Shown here: positions 54,367 through 64,000 of the stretch, piece after piece
How positions within the stretch are numbered: the first letter of the stretch is position 1
Layout: each line of letters starts with the position of its first letter
Source of the DNA: Pseudomonadota bacterium
Lineage (GTDB): Bacteria; Bdellovibrionota; Bdellovibrionia; Bdellovibrionales; Bdellovibrionaceae
DNA: 64,000 nucleotides
Direction of reading: 5' to 3'
Assembly: GCA_041178425.1 (NCBI GenBank)
Contig: JBEGVH010000040.1
Span: 64,001 to 128,000, forward strand
Translations under genes and position numbers: made by a program
The notes under the pieces: generated by a model
The model's input: only the letters and a program-made list of their open reading frames with translations
Told to the model about the DNA's origin: nothing
Database searches by the model: none

Positions 54367-57153
54367 ATGCAAACGTCTTCGATTCGGCGGCCTGAAAATC
54401 TCGATAAAATACTGGTGGGAGTGGCTCTTTTTGGGTTTGCTTTTCTTCTCTACTTTTTGATCAATGATTCTTGGATGCATCAACGCAAAGAGGATGGCTC
54501 GAGAACTAAAATTGGATCGGTAGTAGAGTTATCTCTTGATGTGCGTCGGCGTTCAAAAGATGAATTTATTTGGCTTCCCATCGAGAAAACCTTACCAGTC
54601 TTTGAAGGCGACTCCATTTTTACCGGTTCGAAAAGTCATACGACCATCAAATTAGATTCAGGCGTTCGTTTGGTGGTCGACCCCGATTCTCTTATTGTGC
54701 TTGAGCAAACTGCCGATGCGATGAAGCTCGATTTAAAATTTGGTCAACTCCGCGGAAGCCTCGATGACAAGAAAGCCGGGCTTTTAAAAATAACAGTGAA
54801 TAACAATGACATGGCTCTCGCTGGCAAATCAGTGGAATTTGCAATGGAAAAAGTGAAGACAAAGGAGACCAAACTCAAGGTAACAAAAGGAACGGCACAG
54901 CTTCTTGATGTGAAATCTAACAAGAAAATTGAAGTGAACCAGAATCAACAAATCCGCCTCACTCAAGCACCGACGGGGACCGTTCAGCAGCCAGTGGCGG
55001 TGGAAACTTCGATGGACTTCATTAATTTGAGTCGTTGGGCCATGCCGCGAAACCTTTGGTTGCCCCAAAGGCAGGCTTTAAAATTCTCTTGGGAGACCGA
55101 GGGGCCTGTGGACGCCTATGAGTTCACGCTCTCAGAGTCAGCCGATCTGACGAAGCCTTTGGTAAAAGAGCTAGTTCGTCGACCGGCGTATGTTTGGACA
55201 CCCACAGACGATTCAGGAAAAATCTTTTGGCAGGTCAAAGCTCTGAACAGAGCCAAAAAGCAGTCGATTGAGTCTGAAGTGATTCAGTGGTCCTACACGC
55301 TTCAGACGCCTCCCCACTGGACGAATCTCCAGGAGCCAATACTTATCTCTAAGCTAGATCTCAAGGGCATCGATTCGCAAAAGCCTTTGGAGTATTTTGT
55401 GTCTTGGGATGCGCCTCTTAAAACGGCGCAATTTCGTTTGGAATGGGCTCGAAATGCAAAATTCATCGATGCTCAGAGTTCGGAGTTTATGGATCATCGT
55501 TGGCGAATTCCTAAATGGGATACCGGTCAATACTTTCTGAGAGTGCGAAGTGAATCAATCGGGCGGCCGCCATCTCTATGGTCTAGGCCTTTGGTAGTTA
55601 CCATTACGGATCAAGACTCAGAGGGGTTAATTCCTCCCGCACTAGCGGTGACGGAATTGGAGACAGAAGCGAATAAAGGGATAGCCAAAATCGACTGGAA
55701 GCCACAAGAGAAAGCTGTCGACTATGTGATTGAGGTTGCTGATGCTGAGGATTTTGCGAATCTTTTAAAAACGACTCAGTTGAAGAAGTCACCTTGGTCG
55801 AGCGAGAGCCTTCCACAGGGTAGCTACTTTGTGAGAGTGGTTCCTCTCTCCGAAAAAGGGCGCCGTGGTCCGGCGTCAAAAATAATCAAATGGGTCTCTC
55901 GTTCCTCTGGACCTCAATGGTTGTTAGAACAAAAAAAGATAGACGTCGAAATACCACGAGATAGTGCTAACCATTTGATGGCTTTTCCTGACACGATCGT
56001 TCAATGGAAAGAGATGGGTTCTCAAAAAGCCACTCTTTACTATTTAGAGCAAGATCGGTCGCCTGATTTTAAAAATAAGCAAACCAATAAAATATCGGCA
56101 AATCAAATGGTGCTAAAAAATTTGGACGCAGGCGACTATTATTACCGACTTCGTTCTTACTACGCTGATGGAACTTTTTCTGTACCTTCAGAGCCGCTCC
56201 ATCTTCATGTCACAGAGAAAACAGCCATTGGTGTGCCTCAGCCTGTGATGATAACAAAAACCCTTGAGAGCTCGCTCAACTTAGAAGATCAGTCGATGGT
56301 GAAACTAAAGTGGAAAAAAATGAAAGAGGCGGTCCAATTTGTTGTTCAAATGAGTGAAACGGAAGACTTTAAAAATCTCCTCATTGAAAAGAAAGCGGAT
56401 CTTCAGCAGATTGATCTCTCGGTACAAAAAATAGGAACCTACTTTCTCCGAGTGGCTGGTATCTCAAAAAAAGAAGAGCAGGGCCCGTGGAGTGAAATTG
56501 TACCCTGGAAGGTGTCGATGGGAGCTCCGTTATTAAACCCTATGAGCAATGTTCTGATTGAAGTGGAGAGCTCAGAGTCGGCGGTGCCTTTGACTCCTTT
56601 GTTGATAAGTTGGAAGGCTCACAAGAGCTTGACCGACTTTCAATTGCAAATCGCCGAGGATGATGAGTTTAAAAATGTGGTCTACAATGAAAGAGTAAAT
56701 GGTAACGAGTATAGATACAATCTCACAAAGGGCGGAAAATATCGAATCAGAGTGAAGGGGATTGATCCTGGAGGAAGCGAATTAACGTCCTTTTCGGCCA
56801 TGGAATCCATGAGTTTTATAATGAAGCGACCACTGATTGCACCTCATCTGCTGTTTCCAAAAAATAAGACATCCTACGTTCTTGCAAAAATGAAGACATC
56901 AGAGCTTTGGTTAGCCTGGGAAAACAAAGACAAGGGGTCCACTTCTTATCAGGTGGAGTTTTCAAAAGACAGTGAGTTCAGTGAGGTCACCTATACTCGA
57001 AAAACAAACGAACCGCGCCTTCTGCTAGATCAAAAAATTATTAAAGGAAAAATCTACTGGCGGGTTAAAGCTATCAACGACGACCAACAGCTCAGTTCCA
57101 ACTGGAGTGAGGTTTGGAGTATGGCTGTGGTCGATGTGATGAGCGAAGATTAG
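54367..57153 (+). CDS. FecR-domain protein with multiple FN3-like repeats
   Basis: N-terminal TM and VFEGDSIFTG...DSLIVL, then about seven units of W...Y.lE.s...dF....G.Y..RV. Confidence 0.85.
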   Translation: MQTSSIRRPENLDKILVGVALFGFAFLLYFLINDSWMHQRKEDGSRTKIGSVVELSLDVRRRSKDEFIWLPIEKTLPVFEGDSIFTGSKSHTTIKLDSGVRLVVDPDSLIVLEQTADAMKLDLKFGQLRGSLDDKKAGLLKITVNNNDMALAGKSVEFAMEKVKTKETKLKVTKGTAQLLDVKSNKKIEVNQNQQIRLTQAPTGTVQQPVAVETSMDFINLSRWAMPRNLWLPQRQALKFSWETEGPVDAYEFTLSESADLTKPLVKELVRRPAYVWTPTDDSGKIFWQVKALNRAKKQSIESEVIQWSYTLQTPPHWTNLQEPILISKLDLKGIDSQKPLEYFVSWDAPLKTAQFRLEWARNAKFIDAQSSEFMDHRWRIPKWDTGQYFLRVRSESIGRPPSLWSRPLVVTITDQDSEGLIPPALAVTELETEANKGIAKIDWKPQEKAVDYVIEVADAEDFANLLKTTQLKKSPWSSESLPQGSYFVRVVPLSEKGRRGPASKIIKWVSRSSGPQWLLEQKKIDVEIPRDSANHLMAFPDTIVQWKEMGSQKATLYYLEQDRSPDFKNKQTNKISANQMVLKNLDAGDYYYRLRSYYADGTFSVPSEPLHLHVTEKTAIGVPQPVMITKTLESSLNLEDQSMVKLKWKKMKEAVQFVVQMSETEDFKNLLIEKKADLQQIDLSVQKIGTYFLRVAGISKKEEQGPWSEIVPWKVSMGAPLLNPMSNVLIEVESSESAVPLTPLLISWKAHKSLTDFQLQIAEDDEFKNVVYNERVNGNEYRYNLTKGGKYRIRVKGIDPGGSELTSFSAMESMSFIMKRPLIAPHLLFPKNKTSYVLAKMKTSELWLAWENKDKGSTSYQVEFSKDSEFSEVTYTRKTNEPRLLLDQKIIKGKIYWRVKAINDDQQLSSNWSEVWSMAVVDVMSED

Positions 57154-59045
57154 AAGCGAAAGCCTAGGCCACCCTGAAGTTCAGTCGTCGAAGTTGTTGC
57201 TGTCGTGGTGGTGTTAACTTTTGTTTGTAGCGCCTCAACGATAAGCTTCCAACTCCAATAGCTCTTTTTGTTTCTGTTGTAGCGGCTCTGCCAAGAGGCA
57301 GAAACAAGGCTTCCACCCTTGCATTCTTCATTCAGGCAGGCCGGATAAACGCCAAGCTGGGCCGAGTGAAAATTTCCAAAGAGTATCGATGTAGTCTGAT
57401 GGGGGCCATCATGGGCTATTTTTAATCCGGCCCATTGGTTTTGAGTGGAGCGACCAGAGGCCGTGCTATTGGTCACGCTCCGATAAGCAACCCGAAGGCT
57501 GGTGCTTGGTTGAACATAATAAAACCCTGACGTGAATCGATAGATCAGATCAAAATCAACAAAGCTAGAGTTTGTTTTTGCCGCTGAAAACGCTTGTGCT
57601 CCGAAGGTCATCGCGGTTCCCCAGCGAAGTAAATTGGCTGCGCCCGTCATGCCAAGTAATCCGTCGAAGTATTTTTGAAAGTAAAGATCCCCACGGAAAG
57701 AATTGTCGCTGCTTGAAAGAGTCGTTGTTTCTGATTTAACAGATGACCCCACAGAGCCACCACCTAGACCAAGGCCAAGATCCCAACCCTCCGCACGTTC
57801 AACTTCATAAGAACCGAGAAGTTTGATTTTATTAATTCCAATCTCTAGTAAGTGAGCCTTGTTATAGCCAAGAGCAATTTTATTGAGTGTCCATTCAAAT
57901 TCAGAGCCGCTGGTCTCAACGGTGTCACCCTCGGTTTTGGTAACCAGATTGAGGCCATCAGCATTTTTGAACTTTATTGTTAAAGACGACGAATAGGTTT
58001 TGGTTTGGTTATTCAAAAGGATGGGGCGCTGATCTTGCGTTGGAATCATTTGGGTGTTGATAGATAAAGCTTGTCGAAGTGGAACCTGTCCATAGGCTTC
58101 TATAAAAAGGGAAGACTCTTTGGTATCGACATTTGCCTCCCAAGGGATCGCTTTTTTGTTACCAGGAATTTTTTCGCGAGCTTTGAAATTCACCGAAGAA
58201 TTGGCTCGATTAAATGTGACATCTAAAAGTTGGAGCGGTACAAAATCACTACGCATTTCTACAGAGAGGCCCGAGATGAGTTGGGCGGCGAGGGACGCTG
58301 TTCTGATGTTTTGATCAAATTGGATAATACCGCTCTCACCAACTTCGGAGCCATTAACAAAAAGAGAATGATCTTTACGAACCGTCTTAATAAGAACGGG
58401 CTCCCAGCCATCCCCTTTTTGTTTCAGAGTATAATTGGGTGTACAGATCTGGATACGGTTCACTCTTGATTCTGAAAACAGGCAGAGAGTGAAAAATGAA
58501 TTTTTGGCTAACTGTGCTTCAATCGCTGAAACGTCATGCAAATAAAATAGTCCAGAGGATGTGCGCCCCTCTGAGCCTTTTTGGCGATCTTCTTCGACTT
58601 TTTCAATTTCGTTGATGTCTTTGATGGTCTGACTCCAGATGGCTCTACCATGGGGATCTTTAAGAATCAGAGTGCCACCCACGAGAAACTGCATTGGTGC
58701 TTGAAAAGTCATTGTCTCCGGGTCTTTTTTGAAGAGCTGCATATTTTTCGTAGAAATAACGATATCGCCGACAAGAATAGAATCATTATCGATAACCTTG
58801 TACTCAAGAGTCTGATTGAGAAACTTAATTTGTTTATCAGTGACGATGATATAGAAGTTTTCAATCAGATTGAGGCTGTCATCATCATTGCCTGCCGTTG
58901 ATTCGGAGGCTTCTGGCGTGGTTTTTTCTTTTGATTCAACTTCGGCTGTTTTGCTTTCAGAATTTTTACTATCGGCAGCAAGAGTGAGGATCGGTGTTAT
59001 CAGTAAAAAAAAGAGAATTTTTGAAAGTAAAAAATATTTATTCAT
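57150..59045 (-). CDS. Exported protein with a C-terminal beta-barrel; paralog of 59134-61176
   Basis: Signal peptide and C-terminal GGLGFRF; motifs shared with the neighbour (C..CTP.Y, TYSS, RWG, YRFT). Confidence 0.75.
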   Translation of the reverse strand: MNKYFLLSKILFFLLITPILTLAADSKNSESKTAEVESKEKTTPEASESTAGNDDDSLNLIENFYIIVTDKQIKFLNQTLEYKVIDNDSILVGDIVISTKNMQLFKKDPETMTFQAPMQFLVGGTLILKDPHGRAIWSQTIKDINEIEKVEEDRQKGSEGRTSSGLFYLHDVSAIEAQLAKNSFFTLCLFSESRVNRIQICTPNYTLKQKGDGWEPVLIKTVRKDHSLFVNGSEVGESGIIQFDQNIRTASLAAQLISGLSVEMRSDFVPLQLLDVTFNRANSSVNFKAREKIPGNKKAIPWEANVDTKESSLFIEAYGQVPLRQALSINTQMIPTQDQRPILLNNQTKTYSSSLTIKFKNADGLNLVTKTEGDTVETSGSEFEWTLNKIALGYNKAHLLEIGINKIKLLGSYEVERAEGWDLGLGLGGGSVGSSVKSETTTLSSSDNSFRGDLYFQKYFDGLLGMTGAANLLRWGTAMTFGAQAFSAAKTNSSFVDFDLIYRFTSGFYYVQPSTSLRVAYRSVTNSTASGRSTQNQWAGLKIAHDGPHQTTSILFGNFHSAQLGVYPACLNEECKGGSLVSASWQSRYNRNKKSYWSWKLIVEALQTKVNTTTTATTSTTELQGGLGFRF

Positions 59046-59133
59046 ACCGTCAGGATCAGAGAAACCAGGCAGAATTTCAAGTCATTTCGGCCCGGTTCCT
59101 GAATTTATTGATCGGTAAAAAAGGTCTTCTTTT

Positions 59134-61176
59134 TTAAAAGTTTAAACCCAGTCCTGCTGTTCCGTAGAGGGCTTGAACGTTCACATTGGATTTGCCTACG
59201 GAGTAGTTGTAGGCTTTAATTCCAAAGCCAGCCTCACCAAAAAAGTACTTTTTCCATAAAACTTTTCCGTGGAAGTTCAGAGCGTAATTGGGATTCGGAG
59301 TTGTTTTTACTCCTGAAGTGAGTGGTAAAACATAATAGACCAGTTCCATGTCAACCCACTTTGGATAGTTCATATACGGAAACCAACTAATGATGCGGTC
59401 AAAAACGAGGGGCATCGAACGGGCCCAAAATAGTCCTGTTCCGGCAAATGAACCCTTAATATCGGTGATCGTGATGTCTTCAAAACCAAGAATAAGTCCC
59501 CAGGTTTCATCGCGCTCCCACAACCCGGGAGTGAATCGGTACTTCATATCAACGGTCGTTAGCCCCAGTGACAGGGGCGTACCAGTGCCGCCATTGGGTT
59601 GAAAGGTTTTAAGGCTCGAAAGGCGCTTGGCTGAGACTCCCCAACGTTGTTTGCTCAAGAGGGGGCTTTCGAGTCCGAGCAAAGTTTCAAACCACTGATT
59701 ATAGGCAAATTCATTCAAGAGATTGAGCTGCATATCTTTTGACAAAACACCCGCCAGGCGAAAGCTAAACTCTCCACTATAGCCTCGAAAGAGGTTGTAA
59801 TAGGCGGTAAAGTTTTGGTTGTTTTCAGTGGCGATAAGGCCTCCATCTTGTTCTTCGCCTTTAACGTCGGCCGGAAACTCCCAGGTGAAGTTATTCGTAT
59901 TGCTCACTAAATTTAATTTACCTGGAGGGGCTGCCTTGAATTGGCCACCATTGATGGAGGCCCCCTTAATTGCCGGACGACTGCTGTAAGTAGAAAGAGG
60001 AGGATTGATGAGTGTGATTTTTGAGAGGGCCGTAGGGGCTTTTGAAATCTCTAAATTATAGCGAAATAAGCCACCACCTGCACCGGGAACAATAAAATAG
60101 GTTTTATTTGATGGCATCATCGATACCCAAAAATCTTTTGGAGCGGCGATGGTTGCTTGCCATTGCAATTTAGCTGTTAAGCTTTTAGGGTCAACACCCG
60201 GAAAAAAACGTGTTTCGGGAAAAGTGGGAATATTTGAGTGGCCGGTGAAGAAATAGGCTTTTTTAGTCTCCTCGTAGGCAAAATCGAGAAGGTTAAGAGA
60301 ATTGGGCTTGCTGAAAAATTCGACGGTGAAGCCTTGTTTTGAAACGGCGAGAAATCGAACCGGAGTTTCTGGTTTAATTTCAACCAAAGCTTCGGTGCTC
60401 GTTTCTTTTTGATCAAGAAAAACTTTTGTCGATCCTGATTGGATCTGTAGTTTCAGAGTTCTGTCTTTGTTTGAGTAACGATAATAAGGCGTGCAGGCCT
60501 TAAAAAAGTATTCGCTATCGGCCTTTTTCCAACAGAAGCGATAACCGCTTTTCATGTTCATGCCCATGAGAGCTCGCTTCATCTTTTCCGCCGACAACAG
60601 GGCGCTGGTTTGTTCTTGAGGGTTAACGTCTTTCCAGAAATTGTTGCTGAGGGTTTTGGCGAGCAGGCTTCCTTGATTGAACTGTTCTTTGGAAAACTCT
60701 CGTTCGGCAAGCACTTGCCCGCTTTCGCCAACCACTTCTAAAGTTCCGCTGGTCCCGAGGGCCATGGGAGCCGTAATAAAAAGAACCATGGTGTTGGGGC
60801 CGTAGGGGATTCCCGCAGGAATTCCCAAATTCTTCATTGGAGTGATGAGAGCCTGAAAGGTCGTTGGGTTAAAAGTGGCACCTGAAATGACCATGTCTTC
60901 AGCGCGATCAATACCAAAACTCAATTGGGGACCAATCACCTTGACGCCATTTTTTTCGGGCCTGAATTTTAAAACGTGAGGCTGAACCTGAAAGTCGGCC
61001 AGCGACAAGGGTTTGATCGGTGTGAGGGGCGTCTTTTTTTGCGGGAGCTCATTTTTCGCCGGTGCCGGAGCTGCAGGAGGCTCTTGGGGGACCGTTGGCG
61101 AGGGGGTCTCTTGAGCGAAAGCTGAAAGAGAGAGAAAAGAAAAAAAGAGGACGAGATTCAAATTAAAAATTTTCAT
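59134..61176 (-). CDS. Exported protein with a C-terminal beta-barrel
   Basis: Signal peptide ending AFA, Pro-rich linker and C-terminal AGLGLNF. Confidence 0.8.
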   Translation of the reverse strand: MKIFNLNLVLFFSFLSLSAFAQETPSPTVPQEPPAAPAPAKNELPQKKTPLTPIKPLSLADFQVQPHVLKFRPEKNGVKVIGPQLSFGIDRAEDMVISGATFNPTTFQALITPMKNLGIPAGIPYGPNTMVLFITAPMALGTSGTLEVVGESGQVLAEREFSKEQFNQGSLLAKTLSNNFWKDVNPQEQTSALLSAEKMKRALMGMNMKSGYRFCWKKADSEYFFKACTPYYRYSNKDRTLKLQIQSGSTKVFLDQKETSTEALVEIKPETPVRFLAVSKQGFTVEFFSKPNSLNLLDFAYEETKKAYFFTGHSNIPTFPETRFFPGVDPKSLTAKLQWQATIAAPKDFWVSMMPSNKTYFIVPGAGGGLFRYNLEISKAPTALSKITLINPPLSTYSSRPAIKGASINGGQFKAAPPGKLNLVSNTNNFTWEFPADVKGEEQDGGLIATENNQNFTAYYNLFRGYSGEFSFRLAGVLSKDMQLNLLNEFAYNQWFETLLGLESPLLSKQRWGVSAKRLSSLKTFQPNGGTGTPLSLGLTTVDMKYRFTPGLWERDETWGLILGFEDITITDIKGSFAGTGLFWARSMPLVFDRIISWFPYMNYPKWVDMELVYYVLPLTSGVKTTPNPNYALNFHGKVLWKKYFFGEAGFGIKAYNYSVGKSNVNVQALYGTAGLGLNF

Positions 61177-61239
61177 ACCTTTAGTCTTAGTGAAAAGAGT
61201 TCGGTTGTCTAGAAAAGATTGAATTCGAAGAGAGGCTAA

Positions 61240-62226
61240 TTAGCGAGTCATTCGTTTTAGTTTATAAATAAGATCCCATTTGGGGGCGAACTTGGCGATT
61301 TCATCGCAAGAAAATGTCACGTAAACGCCGGTCTCTTCCATTATTTTTTCAGAAATTACCTTTTTTTCAATCAATGAGTTGACGTCGTCCATCCGAACAA
61401 GAAAATCGAGTTCTTTCATAGACTCATCTTGCATGTCTTTCAGAGAGAGCTTTACTAATCCTTTTGCGTTAGGAGTTAACTTTTGTCCAAAATGAAGGAC
61501 CGCTTTTAGAATGGTCAGCTCATCTTCTCTTATTAGAATTCGATCTTTTTCTTGTTTAAAAAGCCAATCGTTGTACCAATCGACAAATTCGAACAGTTGA
61601 TCGGGCTTTTTATTGACGATCTTTTGTTTGCCTTCGCCTAAATCTTCTACCGAGAATAAACCAATTTCATTGAGGGCAGAAAGAAGCTTTTCCATTTTGT
61701 GGGTGGCTTCTTGAAAGATCTGAATCGTGTAATTACGCAAGCGAAACTGTGGAACGATTAGGCCATCTTCGGTGCTTTGTCCATAACGGTGACCCACAAA
61801 ATTCAAAATAGAGAGTAATTTGTTAATGGTATGTGGGGGGAAGAGATCCTCTTCTCCGGGTGGTTTTTCGAGGTTTTTAATTCGCATATTCGCTTCACGA
61901 AGATGGTCGTTGACCGTTCTCATGACGGCCTTGCACCACTCAGGAAAGTTTTGAAATTGTGCGTGTAGCGCTTTAAACGGAAGTACAATCACCTCGGAAT
62001 CTTTGATGGCTTTCACAGAGGCGCTGCGGGGGCGACCGTCAAAAAAGGCCATTTCGCCCACCATCGAGCCAGGCCCTAATTCGGCGAGAATGATTTCATT
62101 GGTATTTTTAGCTTTAGTAACAGCGAGACGGCCGCCTTTAACAACGTACATGGCGTCGGATGGATCTCCATCGCGAAAAAGGTAATGGCCTGCAGGTATC
62201 TTTACTGATGCTGAAGACAAACTCAT
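61240..62226 (-). CDS. Cyclic-nucleotide-binding (Crp/Fnr-like) domain protein
   Basis: LFRDGDPSDAMYVVKGG and GEMAFFDGRPRSASV. Confidence 0.88.
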   Translation of the reverse strand: MSLSSASVKIPAGHYLFRDGDPSDAMYVVKGGRLAVTKAKNTNEIILAELGPGSMVGEMAFFDGRPRSASVKAIKDSEVIVLPFKALHAQFQNFPEWCKAVMRTVNDHLREANMRIKNLEKPPGEEDLFPPHTINKLLSILNFVGHRYGQSTEDGLIVPQFRLRNYTIQIFQEATHKMEKLLSALNEIGLFSVEDLGEGKQKIVNKKPDQLFEFVDWYNDWLFKQEKDRILIREDELTILKAVLHFGQKLTPNAKGLVKLSLKDMQDESMKELDFLVRMDDVNSLIEKKVISEKIMEETGVYVTFSCDEIAKFAPKWDLIYKLKRMTR

Positions 62227-62283
62227 CTCCCCATAATGAAAGGAAGTTTCCTCTTACTATTGTGGGGGAGTGTTAGTTGTGGG

Positions 62284-62949
62284 TCAAATGCCTTTCAGTG
62301 GAATGGGACGAACATCGGTAGCCACTCGACAATGACCCTCGGTGGCTTTAACGACCTGTTCAATACTGAGGTCAGGGGCATGCTCGAGAAGCACAAATTC
62401 CCCCTTTTCAATTTTAAACACACCGTAGTCGGTAAAAACCTGATCAATGCACGATCGTCCGGTGAGAGGGAGATCGCATTTCTTAAGGAGTTTCGAATTT
62501 CCATCCTTATCGGTCTGTTGCATCGCTACAAGAACTCGTTTGGCTCCTGCCACAAGGTCCATAGCGCCGCCCATACCTTTGACCATTTTACCCGGAATCA
62601 TCCAGTTCGCGATATTACCTTCTTGGTCCACCTGCATTGCACCCAAGATGGTAAGATCGACGTGACCACCTCGGATCATGGCGAAGCTATCGGCGCTCGA
62701 AAAAAAACTTGCACCAGGAATGGCCGTAATAGTTTGTTTTCCAGCATTGATGAGGTCGGGATCAATGTCAGTTTCGCGAGGAAAAGGGCCAATCCCTAAA
62801 AGGCCGTTCTCGCTTTGCAAAAACACTCCTGAATCTGCGGGAAGAAAGTTGGCGACCAGAGTCGGAATTCCGATTCCTAAATTGACCACGCTACCCGCAG
62901 GGACTTCTAAAGCTAATCGTTGCGCAAGTTGTTCTCGATTGAGTGGCAT
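62284..62949 (-). CDS. scoB: 3-oxoacid CoA-transferase subunit B
   Basis: VNLGIGIPT, QSENG with the catalytic Glu, and GMGGAMDL. Confidence 0.93.
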   Translation of the reverse strand: MPLNREQLAQRLALEVPAGSVVNLGIGIPTLVANFLPADSGVFLQSENGLLGIGPFPRETDIDPDLINAGKQTITAIPGASFFSSADSFAMIRGGHVDLTILGAMQVDQEGNIANWMIPGKMVKGMGGAMDLVAGAKRVLVAMQQTDKDGNSKLLKKCDLPLTGRSCIDQVFTDYGVFKIEKGEFVLLEHAPDLSIEQVVKATEGHCRVATDVRPIPLKGI

Positions 62950-62969
62950 ATTAAATCCTCAAAAAAATA

Positions 62970-63671
62970 TTATTTACTAATCGTACGCTGTTCGATTCGT
63001 TTTTGATAATTGGTACCTTGAATGATACGTTGAACAAAGACACCCGGGGTATGGATTTGATCTGGGTCTAACTCGCCAACTTCAACAAGCTCTTCAACCT
63101 CAGCAATTGTTATCTTTCCTGCGGTGGCTACCATAGGATTAAAGTTTCGCGCCGTTTTTCTGAAGATGAGATTGCCAAACTTATCGCCCTTCCAGGCTTT
63201 GACAAGAGCAAAGTCTCCAGTGATTCCTTTTTCAAGAACGTAGTGACGTCCGTTAAATTCGCGGGTTTCTTTGCCTTCGGCCACAAGGGTTCCGTATCCT
63301 GTGGGCGTGTAGAAAGCAGGAATTCCAGCTCCGCCCGCACGCAAACGCTCGGCGAGAGTTCCTTGGGGTGTTAATTCCACTTCTAGTTCGCCACTCATGT
63401 ATTGTTTTTCAAAAGTGGCGTTCTCACCCACATAACTAGAAACCATTTTGCGAATTTGTTTAGTTTGCAAGAGAAGGCCCAGGCCCCAATCATCAACACC
63501 CGCATTGTTAGAAACGCAAGTGAGTCCCTTCGCTCCTGAGTCGCGAAGAGCAATGATGAGATTTTCGGGAATTCCGCAAAGGCCAAAACCGCCAACTAAT
63601 ACCGTCATATTGTCGGCGATGCCTTCGAGTGCCGCTTTCGCATTAGGGTAAACCTTTTTGAATGCGGACAT
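62970..63671 (-). CDS. scoA: 3-oxoacid CoA-transferase subunit A
   Basis: [29 protein letters not shown] and ARNFNP. Confidence 0.93.
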   Translation of the reverse strand: MSAFKKVYPNAKAALEGIADNMTVLVGGFGLCGIPENLIIALRDSGAKGLTCVSNNAGVDDWGLGLLLQTKQIRKMVSSYVGENATFEKQYMSGELEVELTPQGTLAERLRAGGAGIPAFYTPTGYGTLVAEGKETREFNGRHYVLEKGITGDFALVKAWKGDKFGNLIFRKTARNFNPMVATAGKITIAEVEELVEVGELDPDQIHTPGVFVQRIIQGTNYQKRIEQRTISK

Positions 63672-63675
63672 AGTC

Positions 63676-64000
63676 TTAGATCTCCGTTTTTTCGATAATC
63701 ATAGCAACGGCCTCGCCGCCACCAATACAGAGAGTGGCTAGTCCGTATTTTTTCTTATGAGTATGAAGAGCATGTGTTAGCGTCGTCAGAACGCGAGCTC
63801 CGCTAGCTCCAATCGGATGGCCAAGAGCTACGGCTCCACCATGGGGATTAACTTTCTCTGCCGCGATGTTGAGTTCTTTCATCGCCACCATTGTTACTAC
63901 GGCAAAGGCTTCATTGATTTCCCAGAAATCAATATCATTGACGCTGAGTTTGGCCATTTGAAGTGCTTTTTTGATGGCACCAACAGGAGCTGTTGTGAAC
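63676..64000 (-). CDS. Acetyl-CoA acetyltransferase (thiolase), 3' part only
   Basis: [15 protein letters not shown] and LCIGGG; the frame stays open to the window edge ([11 protein letters not shown]). Confidence 0.93.
   Translation of the reverse strand, partial: FTTAPVGAIKKALQMAKLSVNDIDFWEINEAFAVVTMVAMKELNIAAEKVNPHGGAVALGHPIGASGARVLTTLTHALHTHKKKYGLATLCIGGGEAVAMIIEKTEI

Noticed and set aside
54244..54483. N-terminal extension of the SpoIIE ORF to 54483
   Set aside because: It overlaps the divergent FecR gene and its promoter; the first TM begins just after Met 54243.
62236..62799. 187-aa plus-strand ORF and many other short antisense ORFs in the track (e.g. 19029-19589, 44391-44855, 52897-53367)
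   Set aside because: They are shadows of well-supported genes on the opposite strand and carry no motifs of their own.

Overview
Gene-dense 64-kb chromosomal window. By gene content it most likely comes from a Bdellovibrionota-type predatory bacterium (inferred from a TIGR02147/DUF4423 protein, CheX, FecR-FN3 proteins and many secreted lipoproteins and beta-barrels). Housekeeping genes include truA, mutL-miaA, a GH3 beta-glucosidase, a DUF1338 protein, NupC, scoA/scoB and a thiolase. No rRNA, tRNA, CRISPR array, transposase or integrase was recognised. The most unusual region is about 4.5-18.4 kb. It holds an orphan MotA/MotB pair in which MotB keeps its transmembrane Asp but has a YfaP/DUF2135-like domain instead of the OmpA peptidoglycan-binding domain, and MotA lacks the FliG-contacting motif. 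This pair converges on a 10.3-kb operon of four large lipoproteins made of two paralog pairs: Cys-rich 'YGGR' repeat proteins with tail-fibre-like motifs and DUF1566-like tips, and Ig plus NHL-propeller proteins. A divergent beta-barrel gene lies on the other side. Other notable items are two related nested-hairpin intergenic elements, an adaptor-less TolC-RND-TetR operon back-to-back with a second TolC operon around tandem operators, a split ABCC/MRP-like transporter, a subtilase with very large insertions, and a partner-switching triad next to a FecR-FN3 gene and twin barrels. All family calls come from reading motifs by eye; no database searches were run.
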